From Azolla caroliniana (taxonomy: Eukaryota > Plantae > Polypodiophyta): a stretch of DNA of 64,000 nt. The notes beneath the pieces were generated by a model. It was not told where the DNA came from and ran no database searches. It worked only from the letters and a program-made list of their open reading frames with translations. Positions 1 to 11,832 of the stretch are shown piece after piece (the stretch's first letter is position 1; every line of letters begins with the position of its first letter). The position numbers were made by a program, and so were the translations under genes. The stretch is taken from positions 13,082,001 through 13,146,000 of the forward strand of contig JBHGNT010000002.1 in the NCBI GenBank assembly GCA_043228905.1, given 5' to 3'.

Positions 1-203
1 ACGCTTTTCATCCAAGCAAGTAAAATGAACTTGCAATGCTGTATTAGATTCTTCATATGAAGTGAATGCTTCTTCATAAGCGTTTGATAGGACATTTCTC
101 TTATTTAGCTTTATTTACTAATTTCAACACCATGTAAAGTGAGTGCCTCCTATAAATATTGCTTTTAGAAATGATCTAGTAATGCCATAGACTAGTTTGT
201 GGT

Positions 204-2480
204 TTAATGTTTCTCAGTTTTATTATACAATGTTGCATAGATATTGCTCATACATACATATGATGCAGTGTGACATTCATTTAATTGGATAATGTGTTTG
301 AACACGAGACTCCCAAGCTCCACATTTCCCCATTTATGGCAAGCACTTAACAAAGGAACCCAAATCAAGATATTATCGTCCGATGTGGCCACATTAGTGA
401 TCAATGTGAATGCTATATCCACTTGGCCAGATCGTCCAAAAAGATCAACCATACTGACATGATGTTGAATCGAAGGTATAATACCGTAAATTTTCATCAT
501 CGACTTGAAATATGTCTGTCCCTCATCAAGTAAACCAGTGTGGCTACAGACAGTCAACAAAAGGGAGAATGTTACAATGTCCGGCATCACACCCTGTCCT
601 ATCATTCTATTGCATAAGTTCATAACAGTCTCATATTTGCCCAATTGGGCATATCCAGTCATTAATGCATTCCACGAATCTACACTCTTGGCCAGGACCC
701 GATCGAACACTTGATGTGCACCTATGGCCTCACCACATTTCATATACATATCCACCAAAGCGTTGGCTACTATAGCCTCTTTGTCCAACAACCCTTGTGT
801 CAGGATTTCTGTGTGTGCTTCTTTCCCTTTATGAATAGATCCAATATCCCCACAAGCCTTCGCGATAGCAACAAAAGTGATGGCATTTGCTGGGATGCCT
901 TCGAGTTGCATTTGTTTCAAACACTGAAAGGCTTCCTCCATATGTCCATGCCGGACATATGCGGAGATCAAGGCTGTCCATGTGACTACATTCTCGACGG
1001 ATCTATGCTGTCCAAATAAATTTCGTACTTTTGTGAGTGCACCATGTTTCCCGAACATATCCATCAATGCAGTACTAATCATAATGTTTCCCATGAGAGA
1101 TTCATCATGCTCGATCTCAGTATATAATTTGTCACATTGAGATGTAGTTCCCATGATGCATCCACAGGCCTTCAAAACCGAAAGAAACGTAATTCTATCT
1201 GGAGAAAGGCCCTCATTTTGCATTTGTGAAAAGCAATGCAAAGCTTCTTCACCAAACCCATGTTCGGCATATCCAGTTATCAAGGCATTCCATACAACCA
1301 CATCCCGAACAAAAAGCTTGTTAAATACTTCTTTTGCTTTCACAAGTGCTCCGCATTTGGCATACATATCAACTAAAGCAGCCCCAAGCAAGACGTTTTT
1401 CTCAAGTAATCCTTCCATTATAACCTCCTTATGTATCGATTCGCCTTTGCAGATGTCCCTAACATGGCCACAAGCTTTTAAGATGCTGAGTGATGTGACT
1501 TCATTTGCTGAATGTCCATGCTTTTGCATTTCGTTGAAAGAATTGAACGCTTCCTTGAAACGCCTATGTTGAATATACCCACTGATCAGTGCATTCCAAG
1601 AAGCTGTGTCCTTCACCCGAAGCTCATCAAAAACCCTCTGAGATCTGCCAAGCATCCCATTTTTGGCGTACATATCCACCAATGCATAGCCAACGACAAT
1701 ATCTTTTTCAATCCATTTCTCAATGAAAATCGAAGCATGAAAGACTAGCCCCTTGTAATTCTCCTCTATGCTTCCACACGCTTTCAGTACACAAAGAAGT
1801 GTGATGGCATCAGGGAAGAGGCCCTCCGCTTGCATCTGGAAGAAGCACTGTAGCGCCTCTTCAGCATAGAAATGCTCAGAGTATGCATAAATGAGAGAAT
1901 TCCAGGAGATTGAGTCGGGGAAGTTGATCCTATCGAACGTATCTCGGGCATCGGAAAGTTGGCCAGCTTTGGCATACATATCAACCAATGCATTACAAAC
2001 AAGGAGGTTCTGCCGCTCCATATAACAACAAAACATAAGGAGGTTGGCATGAATTTCTCGACCTTTGAAGATTTGTCTCAAGTTACGACAAGTTTTCAGG
2101 ATACAAACGAAAGTGACATGATCAGGACAGAGGCAGCCCTCAGAGAGCATGTGTTGGAAACAGTTTAGGGCTTGGTCAGGCCGACCATGCCCGACATATG
2201 CACTGATAAGGGCATTCCAAGAGACCACATCCTGAACAAGAATATCTTCAAAGGTTTCTCGAGCTTTGGAAAGACAACCACATTTAGCATACATTGTGAT
2301 TAAGCTATTCCCAACAAAAGGGTCTCTTTGGTTCAGAAGAACACCACCATCCTGCTTGAGGATGCGAGCATGGATCCTAATACCTTCTTTCAGCTTCTTC
2401 TGTTTACCACAGTCCTTTACTAATTCTACAACTGTCCATCTTGTTGGCTTCTTATTTGCAACACTAACATTTGAGCTCAT
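204..2480 (-). CDS. PLS-class pentatricopeptide repeat protein with E domain and no DYW (putative organellar RNA-editing specificity factor)
   Basis: Uninterrupted 758-aa ORF with repeating P-L-S triplets (NSLITMYAKCG / VVSWNALISAY / PDHVTFVCILK), then S2 (HHVSMVDLFGRSG) and E-like motifs (IWVPLLSACHKWGNVELG...YVCMSNIYA). It stops before any DYW domain. Confidence 0.93.
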   Translation of the reverse strand: MSSNVSVANKKPTRWTVVELVKDCGKQKKLKEGIRIHARILKQDGGVLLNQRDPFVGNSLITMYAKCGCLSKARETFEDILVQDVVSWNALISAYVGHGRPDQALNCFQHMLSEGCLCPDHVTFVCILKTCRNLRQIFKGREIHANLLMFCCYMERQNLLVCNALVDMYAKAGQLSDARDTFDRINFPDSISWNSLIYAYSEHFYAEEALQCFFQMQAEGLFPDAITLLCVLKACGSIEENYKGLVFHASIFIEKWIEKDIVVGYALVDMYAKNGMLGRSQRVFDELRVKDTASWNALISGYIQHRRFKEAFNSFNEMQKHGHSANEVTSLSILKACGHVRDICKGESIHKEVIMEGLLEKNVLLGAALVDMYAKCGALVKAKEVFNKLFVRDVVVWNALITGYAEHGFGEEALHCFSQMQNEGLSPDRITFLSVLKACGCIMGTTSQCDKLYTEIEHDESLMGNIMISTALMDMFGKHGALTKVRNLFGQHRSVENVVTWTALISAYVRHGHMEEAFQCLKQMQLEGIPANAITFVAIAKACGDIGSIHKGKEAHTEILTQGLLDKEAIVANALVDMYMKCGEAIGAHQVFDRVLAKSVDSWNALMTGYAQLGKYETVMNLCNRMIGQGVMPDIVTFSLLLTVCSHTGLLDEGQTYFKSMMKIYGIIPSIQHHVSMVDLFGRSGQVDIAFTLITNVATSDDNILIWVPLLSACHKWGNVELGSLVFKHIIQLNECHTASYVCMSNIYATLYNKTEKH

Positions 2481-2734
2481 GATGTGTTGGTTGATCGGAG
2501 GAGATTAGCATGCAGGGGATTGGGCATGTGCTACCTTCCCTGCCTTATCTTTCTCTGTGTAACATTTTCTTTCACAGGCAGAGTTTTTTTGAAGTCAACT
2601 CCTACTCCTCATCGGTCTTAAGACCAACCAACCTTACTCCCATCACATCACATCTATTTCTTCTCCTCTTCTTCCTGCTACTACTCTAATGTAAGAAAGA
2701 AACCTCAATCGTTTACATTTACTCTGTGCTCTAT

Positions 2735-2800
2735 ATGCATGCATGCATGTATGCATGTATGTATGTATGTATGTATACTACTACTATATGTATGTATACA
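2735..2800. repeat. (ATGC)n(ATGT)n compound microsatellite upstream of the PPR gene
   Basis: atgcatgcatgcatgtatgcatgtatgtatgtatgtatgtat is directly visible. Confidence 0.85.
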
Positions 2801-3426
2801 TATTATGTACATCCTCGCACGAGAAAAGCCACACACGTGTGTTTGTCTTCACACAATATACCTGGGGCTCTAGAGTCTAATCCATGCGCACAATAATATT
2901 GAAGAGTCCAATCTACTCACTTTATTTACCATTGTCCAAGTACTCCATCAACCTCTTTCATCTCTCTTACTAATAATTACATGCTTGCCAAATAAACATG
3001 ATTATATTTACTTAAACTTTACTTAGAATCTGCCTTCCCATTAGTATTTGCTAAATCATATTTGTAGACCTTCACTACTTTCAATGGAGGTCCCCTTTTA
3101 CCATTTTGGTAAGCCCAGAAGTGTATGAGCATTGCAGCCACCTAAAGGAGAATGGAAACACCCATAATGAGAGCCACAAATCTAATAGTTCTTTGTGGAG
3201 TGTGGAGGACATGGAACCAAAATGGGGATCTCGACATGATTGTTAAGATCAAAGTGAACAAAAGGGTGTGGCCAAATCATTATAAGGATGGTCACCAGTT
3301 ATGCCTTCAATTTCAGCTCAAACTTGTAAAAGAATAGCATGTGGAAGCTAATACACAAGACACAGCCAACTGAATGGGAGACCTGTAGACACTTACGTAT
3401 TCATAGAAGATGGAGGATACACAATA

Positions 3427-3510
3427 GAGAGAGAGAGAGAGAGAAAGAGAAAGAAAGAGAAAGAAAGAAAGATATATTACCGTCTTCTAAGACCAAAATT
3501 GGCCCATGTT
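3427..3510 (-). mobile_element. Extremely 5'-truncated LINE copy (3' terminus plus (TTTC)n/(TC)n tail)
   Basis: 3471-3508 matches the LINE 3' end at 45845-45882 (3 mismatches in 38 nt). It is flanked by the direct repeat aggatacacaatagagagag (3414-3433 and 3511-3530). Confidence 0.8.
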
Positions 3511-3555
3511 AGGATACACAATAGAGAGAGTGAGAGAGAGAGAAAGAGGGCAAAC

Positions 3556-4485
3556 TGTTAGGATCGTGACCGGCCACAACCGGTTTCACTCTCAAATATT
3601 CGGGTGCAAAGAATCGACAATGACACAGACAAAAAAAACAGAAAACGAGAATGTACCGAGACACAAGATATTTAATGTGGAAAACTCGAAAGGGAAAAAC
3701 CACGGGGGTCCACAAACCCCAAGAAATAGAATCACTATAATCGAGAGAGGAATACAATGAGACTCGCAGGCACTGACCTCGAACTCGTTCTCGTCTAATA
3801 GACGGTAAATGAGTTACAACTCACACTCACTCTTGACTAGTTACAGAGGCTACTACCTTCTCTAACTATCTAACAACCAATAATACTACAACTCTCAGTA
3901 AAAGGTTTGCCCTAATTGTATATATACTTATACAACTTTTTGACTATATATAGGTATGCCCACCTGGGGCACATTTAGACTATTTACAAATATAGTCTCC
4001 CGAATCGGCTATGAAATCTATTCTTGATTACGATTTCGGCCTCGGCTTATTACCCACGTGTCTTCGATTCGGTTCGTTCTCTTCTTCCCATCTGGAGGGA
4101 CATGTTTTCCCAACAAACTACCCCTTCACTTTGGCATGGGGTACTTCACCAATCCAATCGACCCTCTGTCGACAATCGTTCAACTTTTTGGCCGACAACA
4201 CCTTCCTTAGCATGTCCGACCCGTTCTCTGTTGTATGAACCTTCACTAGAGCAAACTCCTTCTCTTATACTTGCTCTCAGAGCCAATGGTATCTTCTTTG
4301 GATATGTTTGGTCCTTGAGTGGTACTAGGCAACATTTTTCGCAAGGTGGATGGCACTCTGGTTATCGCAATGGAGTCGGAATTCCTCTTGCCAAATTCCC
4401 AACTCTTCGATGAACTCCCTCATCCAAATTACTTCCTTGCCGGCTTCCGTTGTGGCCATTTACTCGGCTTCTGTGGTCGATAGCG
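3556..4485 (-). mobile_element. Copia A fragment (Tnt1/Tork-like): 3' LTR 3556-4115, PPT and RNase H end
   Basis: TGTT...AACA LTR resembling the LTRs of D and E. PPT (rc tgaaggggtagtt) abuts the LTR. The degenerate RNase H ends ...IGLVKYPMPK*. Confidence 0.8.
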
Positions 4486-4489
4486 GAAG

Positions 4490-6980
4490 ATGTTAAACCA
4501 CTTTGATGGTGAAAAGCTCATCATACTCCAATCTTGTATTACATGTAATTCTTGCATCTAAGGTCTTACTAATACTAAGGAACAAGATGGACGTTTTCGG
4601 AGTATCAAATGTAAATCCATTGAAATGGATATGCCAAAACACTCAATACCAACATCCTCTATAACTCCAAAACAAGAGGTCAAATGTCTATCAACTATGT
4701 CTACCTTGGTAGAGGACTTTTGATAGATATGATTTCTAATCTTACTCACTAGGACATTAGTTGTAGGATCAATTCTAATACCACTATCTACTAAGGCATC
4801 CTTAATTAAAAGACCTTTAACAGTTACAGAAATAGTGGGTTGAATATCCTTTCGATATTTCATTTGCACAATCATCACATAATGTAATGTCTTTATACTT
4901 GGTTGTATACTCAATACACGTCCCCACTCCTTTTTTAGTGATGGAGAAAGTTGAAGAAGTTTTGGCCAAGTGATGCAAGGCTCACTAGAGATTAGTTCTT
5001 GCTTGAGATCGAGCGGTTCCACACCTTTCCCCATCGGCACATCATCAATTTTAATCTTTCTTCACACATGTTTCTTTCTAGGTCCATCCTCCAAGCTAGT
5101 CTCCTTAGACTACTTCTTTTGTTGAGATTTAATAGACGCTCCTTCCAACTCTTTATTTTTATGTCATGCACTAGATGTCTTAATATGTGCAACATCACAA
5201 TTTTCAGCTATATCATACACAAAGTCAATACGATTTACCTTAGGGGGAATTGTTGGATTTTGCACTAAAGTACTTTCCCCTCCTACCACATGGTTGTTGA
5301 GTTGGTGAAAGTTGTTGCTAGTGTTGTTTTGATTCCTCTGAAATTGATACATGCCTTGAACCCAAGCACCTTGTCGTCACGAAGGACATCGTGTAGATAT
5401 ATATCCCTCAACACCACATGTGTAGCACATGATCACTCTCCTTTGCCTTGGAACATCGTGAGTTTGACTTATAGTAAAATTTCCTTGCATGTTTTGTATT
5501 TGTCGAGTAATTTCATCAAGATGTTGATTAACTTGGTCTGAGAAACCTCCCACCTTAGGTTGAGTTGTTTTTTGCATCACTGGAATATTAGGTTGATATG
5601 TCGTAAAAACATTAGGGAATCCATGCATAATTGATGATTGTTGAAGAATAGGAGATTTAAATGTTACAATTGTTGAATCCGTTCTCGCTTGTAGAACTTG
5701 GATTTGTCTATTGTAGGCTTGACAAGTTCAGACTAGTGCTTGGAACGTTGTAGGATCCTTTAGATTTTCTTCCAATGCAAAGTGCAGACTTAATCCCACT
5801 TTAAAGAGGTCCATCTTAAACCATTCATCCTTTGTACCCCCACGTAATCGAATCCATGTAGTCCAAAGGTCAATAAACTCCCTCTCGTAATCGTTATACT
5901 TTGTTGTTGAGAACATCCGCAAACGAAAGAGTTCCTCTCACACTTCCATTGCATTACGACATCTAATATACTTTGCTTTAAATTGTTGCTCCAACAGTTG
6001 GTAATTAACTTGTTGGTTAGTTTGCAAGGATTCATACCAATCCCTTTGTCGTCCATAAAAAGTGGCCACCAATAGAGGCAACTTCTCCAAATTTGTCATC
6101 TTCCCTATTGATACTACATGATGTTCGAAGGCGGCCAAGAATGCTCCCGCATCTTGGACCCCATCACCTACAAAAGAAAATTGAAAAGCCATATTGGCTA
6201 AAAATAAGACTTTCCAATAATATAAAAATAATTTACCTTCCCTCTAATACGAAAAGAATCGACCTTCCGTGGGGTATAGAAAGAATCTACCCTCCGTGGG
6301 GTACGGAAAGACTCGACCCTCCCTGGAGCGCCAAAATGATGAGGAGAGATAGAAAAATGATAGAGAAGAGAATAGGAAGAGAAAAAAATGCTTCAATATA
6401 TTATTAGGAAAACAATATAATCTTCTTGGACTCTAAAAAGAACAACCCCACCAAAGAACTATGTTAATCTTAATGACCCTAATCAATAATAGTCTTTTCT
6501 TCTTCTCTCTTTCTTCTACTAAGATTCCTTTCACTTCTTCGATCCTTCTTATTCTTCCTCCTTTCTTCTTGTCGATCTTCTATTCTTCCTACCCCACATA
6601 TTTATAAGTTTTTAGTTGCGTTATTATTGCTTTTTTCTTTTCTTTTCTTTTTATATATCCTCGAGTTTATGTGATGTGTTTTTCATATCATTATTTTTGC
6701 TTTGAAATCCCAAATTTTCCATACAAGAAAGCTTTCTTTGTGATCTTTCTTATGAATCTTTTCTTTTGAAAATTGGATATGAGATGAAGAAGTTATGAGT
6801 TTTTTTCTCTACCTTGCTTTTTTTGCGTTTTTTCTTTTTTCTTTTTTCCTGCTTTTTCTACTTTTGAAAAATGCCTCTAATTTTATATCCCTTCAAGTTC
6901 CTTCCTCTATTAATACTTGATCCTTTCATATTGTGCTTTATTCTTATACGCCTTAGCTGCAATGTATTTGCCATGGTCTT
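4490..6980 (-). mobile_element. Degenerate Gypsy remnant: 5' LTR 'X' (6337-~6980), PBS (6321-6333), gag and protease; no RT
   Basis: Minus-strand fragments MAFQFSFVGDGVQDAGAFLAAFE (gag), CYTCGVEGYISTRC (zinc knuckle) and ALVDSG (aspartic protease). PBS TGGCGCTCCAGGG lies 3 nt inside the LTR end ...CATCA. Confidence 0.72.
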
Positions 6981-6981
6981 A

Positions 6982-9900
6982 CTCCCCCTTCTCTCCAGCA
7001 TAGAGTACTTCATCAAACCGACTCTCTATCGGCACACGTTTAGCTTTTCGGTTGACAACACCTTTGTCAGCATATCCGATCCGTTTTTGGCTGTGTCGAT
7101 CTTCACTAGAGCAAACTCCTTTTCTTCTACTCGCTCTTGGAGCCAATGATATCTTCTCTGGATGAGTTTGGTCCTCGAGTGGTAGGCAACATTTTTTGCA
7201 AGGTGGATGGAACTTTGGTTATCACAATGGAGTTGGAATTCCTGTTGCCGATTCCCAACTCACTGATAAACTCCTTCATCCATATGATTTCCTTGTCGGC
7301 TTCCGCTGCGGCCATATATTCGGCTTCCATGGTCGATAGTGCAGCGGCCTTCTACAGCTTCGACTGCCACGAAACAACTCCCCCTACATAAGTCATTACG
7401 TTCCCAGACATGGATCGGCTTGTATCCACATCAACCGACATGTCCGAGTCAGTATAACCTTCCAGTGTGGGGTTACCCAAACCGAAATGAAAACACACGT
7501 TCGAGGTGCCTTTTAGGTACTAAACTATCCACTTCACGGTGGCCCAACACTCTCTTCCGGGGTTGCTCATATATCGGCTAACCACGCCGACTACGTATCC
7601 TATGTCCGGCCTGGTACATATCATCGCATACATCAGGCTTCCAACCGTCAAGGCATAAGGTACTTTTGACATCTCGGCTTTTTTTGTTTTCGATTTTGGA
7701 CATTGTTCTTTGCTTAGCTTGCAGTTCGTTCGTAGTGTCGAGCAGACCGGTTTCGCGGTTTCCTTGCCAAATCTCTACCACCTTTGTCATATATTTTTCT
7801 TGTGATAGTCACAAGAATTTCTTTGTTCGATCCCGAACAATGTGCATCCCTAGGATTTGCTTTGTCGGGCCCATAACCTTCATCGAAAACGATCTGCTGA
7901 AGGCCTTCTTCAGCACTTGGATCTTCGTATGGTCCTGTTTGACAATCAGCATGTCGTCCACGTACAATAGGAGGATGAGGAAATCTCCCCCTTCAAATTT
8001 CTTTAAAAATACACAGTGATCAGCCTGTGTTTTGTGGTACCCGTTGTCGATCATGAAGGATTCGAATTTTCCGTACCATTGCCGAGGTTCTTGCTTCAAC
8101 CAATACAAGCTCTTCCTTAATTGGCATACCAGGTTCTCTTACCTTTCTCCACAAATCCTTCTAGCTGGTGCATATAGATCTCCTCTTCGAGATCACCGTG
8201 TAGAAATGTCGTCTTGACATCTAATTGCTCGACTTTGAGATCCATGTTGGCCGTGATGCTCAACACGGGTTGGATTGATGTCATCTTTATGACTGGGGAA
8301 AATATTTTGTCGAAATTGACACCCTTCTTCTGTTGTAAGCCTTTCAAGACGATTTGTGCTTTGTACCTGGGTGGATTTCCGCCATCTCCCGGTTTCAACT
8401 TGTATACCCATTTATTCCGAAGTGCCCTCTTTCCTCTTGGCAGTTCGGTCAGATCATATGTGTGGTTCTCATGCAATGAATCCATCTCCTCTTGCATGGC
8501 ACTCAACCACTTTCGGTTGTTGATATCCTCCTTAGCTTCTTCAAAGCTTTTTGGCTCCCCCTCATCGGTTAGCAGTACACACTCTTCATCCGGAAATCTT
8601 CGGGGGGTCCTCCTTTCTCTAAGGGGGTATCTTCGGCCTCCATTTGGCATGGTTAGTTCTTCTTCGGCTTCTTCGGCCGAGTCGGATTCGGTTCCCTGTT
8701 TGGTCGTTTCCCCTCGTTCTTCAGTCAGATCTCGATTTTGCTAAGTATTGAATCGGCTGACTAGCTCGGATTCGATTTCGATCGAATCGGCTTCTACTCG
8801 ATTCGGCCGAGTGTTGACTCAGTTCGATTCGGTAGTTGGAGACTTATTCTCAATCTCCCAGTCGACTATTGTCTTTTCCTCCATGAAGATAATGTCGCGG
8901 CTCCTAATCACTTTCTTCTCGCCTAAGTCCCATAGCCGATAGCCAAATTCATCATTGTCGTAGCCTAGAAATATGCATGATCGAGATTTCGGGTCCAACT
9001 TCCCCCTCTGGTCCTTTTCCACATGCACATAAGCAAGACAACCGAACACCCTCAAATGTCGATATGATACGTCTTTGCCACTCCATACCCTTTGTGGAAT
9101 ATCACCGTTCAAGGGTACTGAGGGTGATCGGTTTATCACGTACGCTGCCGTCATCAGTGCCTCAGCCCATAACGTCTTCGGTAACTTAGCATGTGCAAGC
9201 ATACTTCGGACCCTTTCCATTACGGTTCAGTTCATTCTCTCGGACAACCCATTGTATACTCGAGCCGGATTCCTTGATTTTGGCAGTATCCATCGAATGA
9301 TCCATGGTACTCTCCCCCATTGTCCACTCGGACTACCTTCAGTTTTCGGTCGGTTTCTCTCTCAGCCCTAGCGTGGAACTCTTTGAAGACAGATAACAGT
9401 TGATCCTTCGTCTTCAACACAGATGCCCACAACTTCCGGCTACAATCATCAATGAAGGTCACAAAATACTTGTGAACCACCATGCAACTTCGTGTCCACA
9501 TAGTATATGTCCGTATGCACGAGTTCCAACGACATTTTCGTCCTCATTGGGGGCCTTGCTCGGAAGGGTGTTCAATTCTACTTTCCAGCCAAGCAATCCG
9601 TGCACTTCTCAAGTTGCACGTTCTTCACCTTAGGAATGAGATTGTCATGGGCAATCTTTCGCATCCCCTTCTAGCTCATATGGCACAACCTCCTATGCCA
9701 CAATTCACCGACCGTGTCGGCTGCCACATTTGCTTCCCCTTGGCATGTTCGAGCATTCATTATGTACAATGTGTTCATTTTCTACTCGAGCCACGATCAG
9801 ACTTCCCTTGCAGAACTTCATGACATTGTTCCGGATGCTAGCCTTCATCATCTAGCCGACATACTGATATTAGGTTCAATCGAACCTCCGGAACATGTCG

Positions 9901-10856
9901 TACATCTCTCAACATGAGTCTACACCTGGTTGAGGTTTCCAAACACACATTTCCAATACCGACAATCCGGCATGCTCCTTCATTTCCCATCTTTACAGAT
10001 CCGAGATCTTCGGCTCTGTCAGATGAGAAGCACTTTCGGTTAGGGGTTCAGTGAAACAGCACACCCGAATCGATCACCCATGTCGATTCTTCGCCTACGA
10101 GACTGACTTCGTTTTGCTCAGTTATGAGCAACAAATCCTCCTCACATGCGGTGATTGCTGAGGTGTTCTTCCTGTCCGGGATTTTCTTTGGTTCTATACC
10201 ATCAATCCCCCCTTTGACCTTTAGAAAGTGTCGGCAGTTTTTCTGGAAGTGCCCCGGCTTCCCACAATAGAAGCACGTGGGCCTCCCCCTCGACTTTGAC
10301 CTGGTCCCCGACTTATCTCAATTCTGGGGACTTCGATTTCGGCCTCTTCCCCGAATCGTATCACCTTCCGTGACTAAGGTCTTCTGATCGGTATTGGACT
10401 CACGGTCCTTTCGGCGAGCTTCTTCATTCAACAAGCTCGACTTCCTCACTCTACGGATAGATGCTTCCCTTCAGGCCTGATGTTGCCCAAGGTGACAACG
10501 AGCGTCTCCCAGTTGTCTGGAAGGGATCCCAGCAACAGTAGTGCTAATACCTCGACGGCTAGAGGTACTTCTAGAGAGGTGTTTTGGTTCATCAATCGTT
10601 GGAAGGCATTAATGTGCTCCGCCATACTGGAGCCATCTTGATAATGGAGCATCGTGAATTTTTGAAATATTGAGACTCAGTTCATGATGTTCTTCTTTTT
10701 GAACATGACGTTGATCTTCTTCCATAGGACGGTTGCGTCTGTTTCTTTGCCAAAGTTGTTGTATGGACTCATGTCTATAAAACACCTTATATATGCGGCC
10801 ACCTTCAGATGCAACACTTCCCAAATCGTTGCATCGATCTTGTCTGGTCTTTTACC
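6982..10856 (-). mobile_element. Copia B internal region (Tnt1/Tork-like), degenerate gag-pol without its own LTRs or PBS
   Basis: Frameshifted gag (LLLGSLPDNWETLV), integrase (FVTFIDD...MERVRSML), RT (YVDDML) and RNase H (EAEYMAAAE). PPT at 6982-6991. Confidence 0.88.
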
Positions 10857-11013
10857 TCAATATATTATTAGGAAAACAATACAATCTTCTTGGAGTCTAA
10901 AAAGAACAACCCCACCAAAGAACTATGTTAACCTTAATGACTTTAATCGATAATAGTCTTTTCTTCTTCTCTCTTTCTTTTACTATGACTCCTCTTACTT
11001 CTTCTAGCCTTCC
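10857..11013. repeat. ~155-bp fragment of Gypsy LTR X
   Basis: Closely matches ~6393-6548 (tcaatatattattaggaaaacaat...aagaacaaccccaccaaagaactatg). Confidence 0.85.
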
Positions 11014-11832
11014 TATTGAGCAAAATCGGGCTCGGCCACAACTGAGTCTCAAACTCACGATGGAAGAAATAAACAGAAAATAGCAATGCACTTACACATG
11101 CAATAGAGATGACACCGAATGTTTATGTGGAAAACCCTAATCGGGAAAAACCACGGGAGCCCACAGACTCCAACTATCACTATGAGAGGAAGGGTACAAT
11201 GAGAGACTCCGAGGCAACAACCTCGAGCTCTATGTCTTTGCCAACCGGCGGTTACAACAGAGAATATGTTTTGTTTTTCTCTCGCTCTCTCTGCCTATCT
11301 CTATGTATATATCTCTGTACAGCGATAATGATAATGGCAACAACTATTACACACACACATGCTAAAAAACAATATGTTGAGAGACAACCTCAACATCGGC
11401 CGGATTGGCTGAAGAAGCCAAGGACCGGATCGATTGGGACCGATCGGTTAGGCTGAGTGCATAAACCGGGAGGCCGTTAGGAAAGATATTCCGAGAGGAA
11501 TATATTTGGGAGTTAGTGCAGGAGCTCTTGATGAGCATTGAAGTACTGTCAGTACTTCGGTCAGTCCTTCTAGGACTTGTATAAAAGTGCTCACTAAGCA
11601 CTTCTTATGTACAGACTTGAGTATTATTATTGAATATAGTTTTTTGTGTCTACTCTCTCTCTGTCTCTCCCGCGTATACCGTGTAAGCCCAAGCTCTCCA
11701 TTGAACCTGAGTTTCCTTCCTCTGTTCTGTCTTCATACCTGCTTCCGCACGCTACTTTCTACATGGTATTAGAGAGTGAGGGTTGAGAACCTCTCTGCAG
11801 CCGACATAGCTTGACGAAGAGGAACAAGAAGA

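Noticed and set aside
505-2508. Short ORFs overlapping the PPR gene
   Set aside because: Antisense or alternative-frame shadows with no recognisable motifs.
6990-7000. ...CCAGCA as the end of LTR X
   Set aside because: These bases are the last codons and PPT of Copia B pol on the minus strand.
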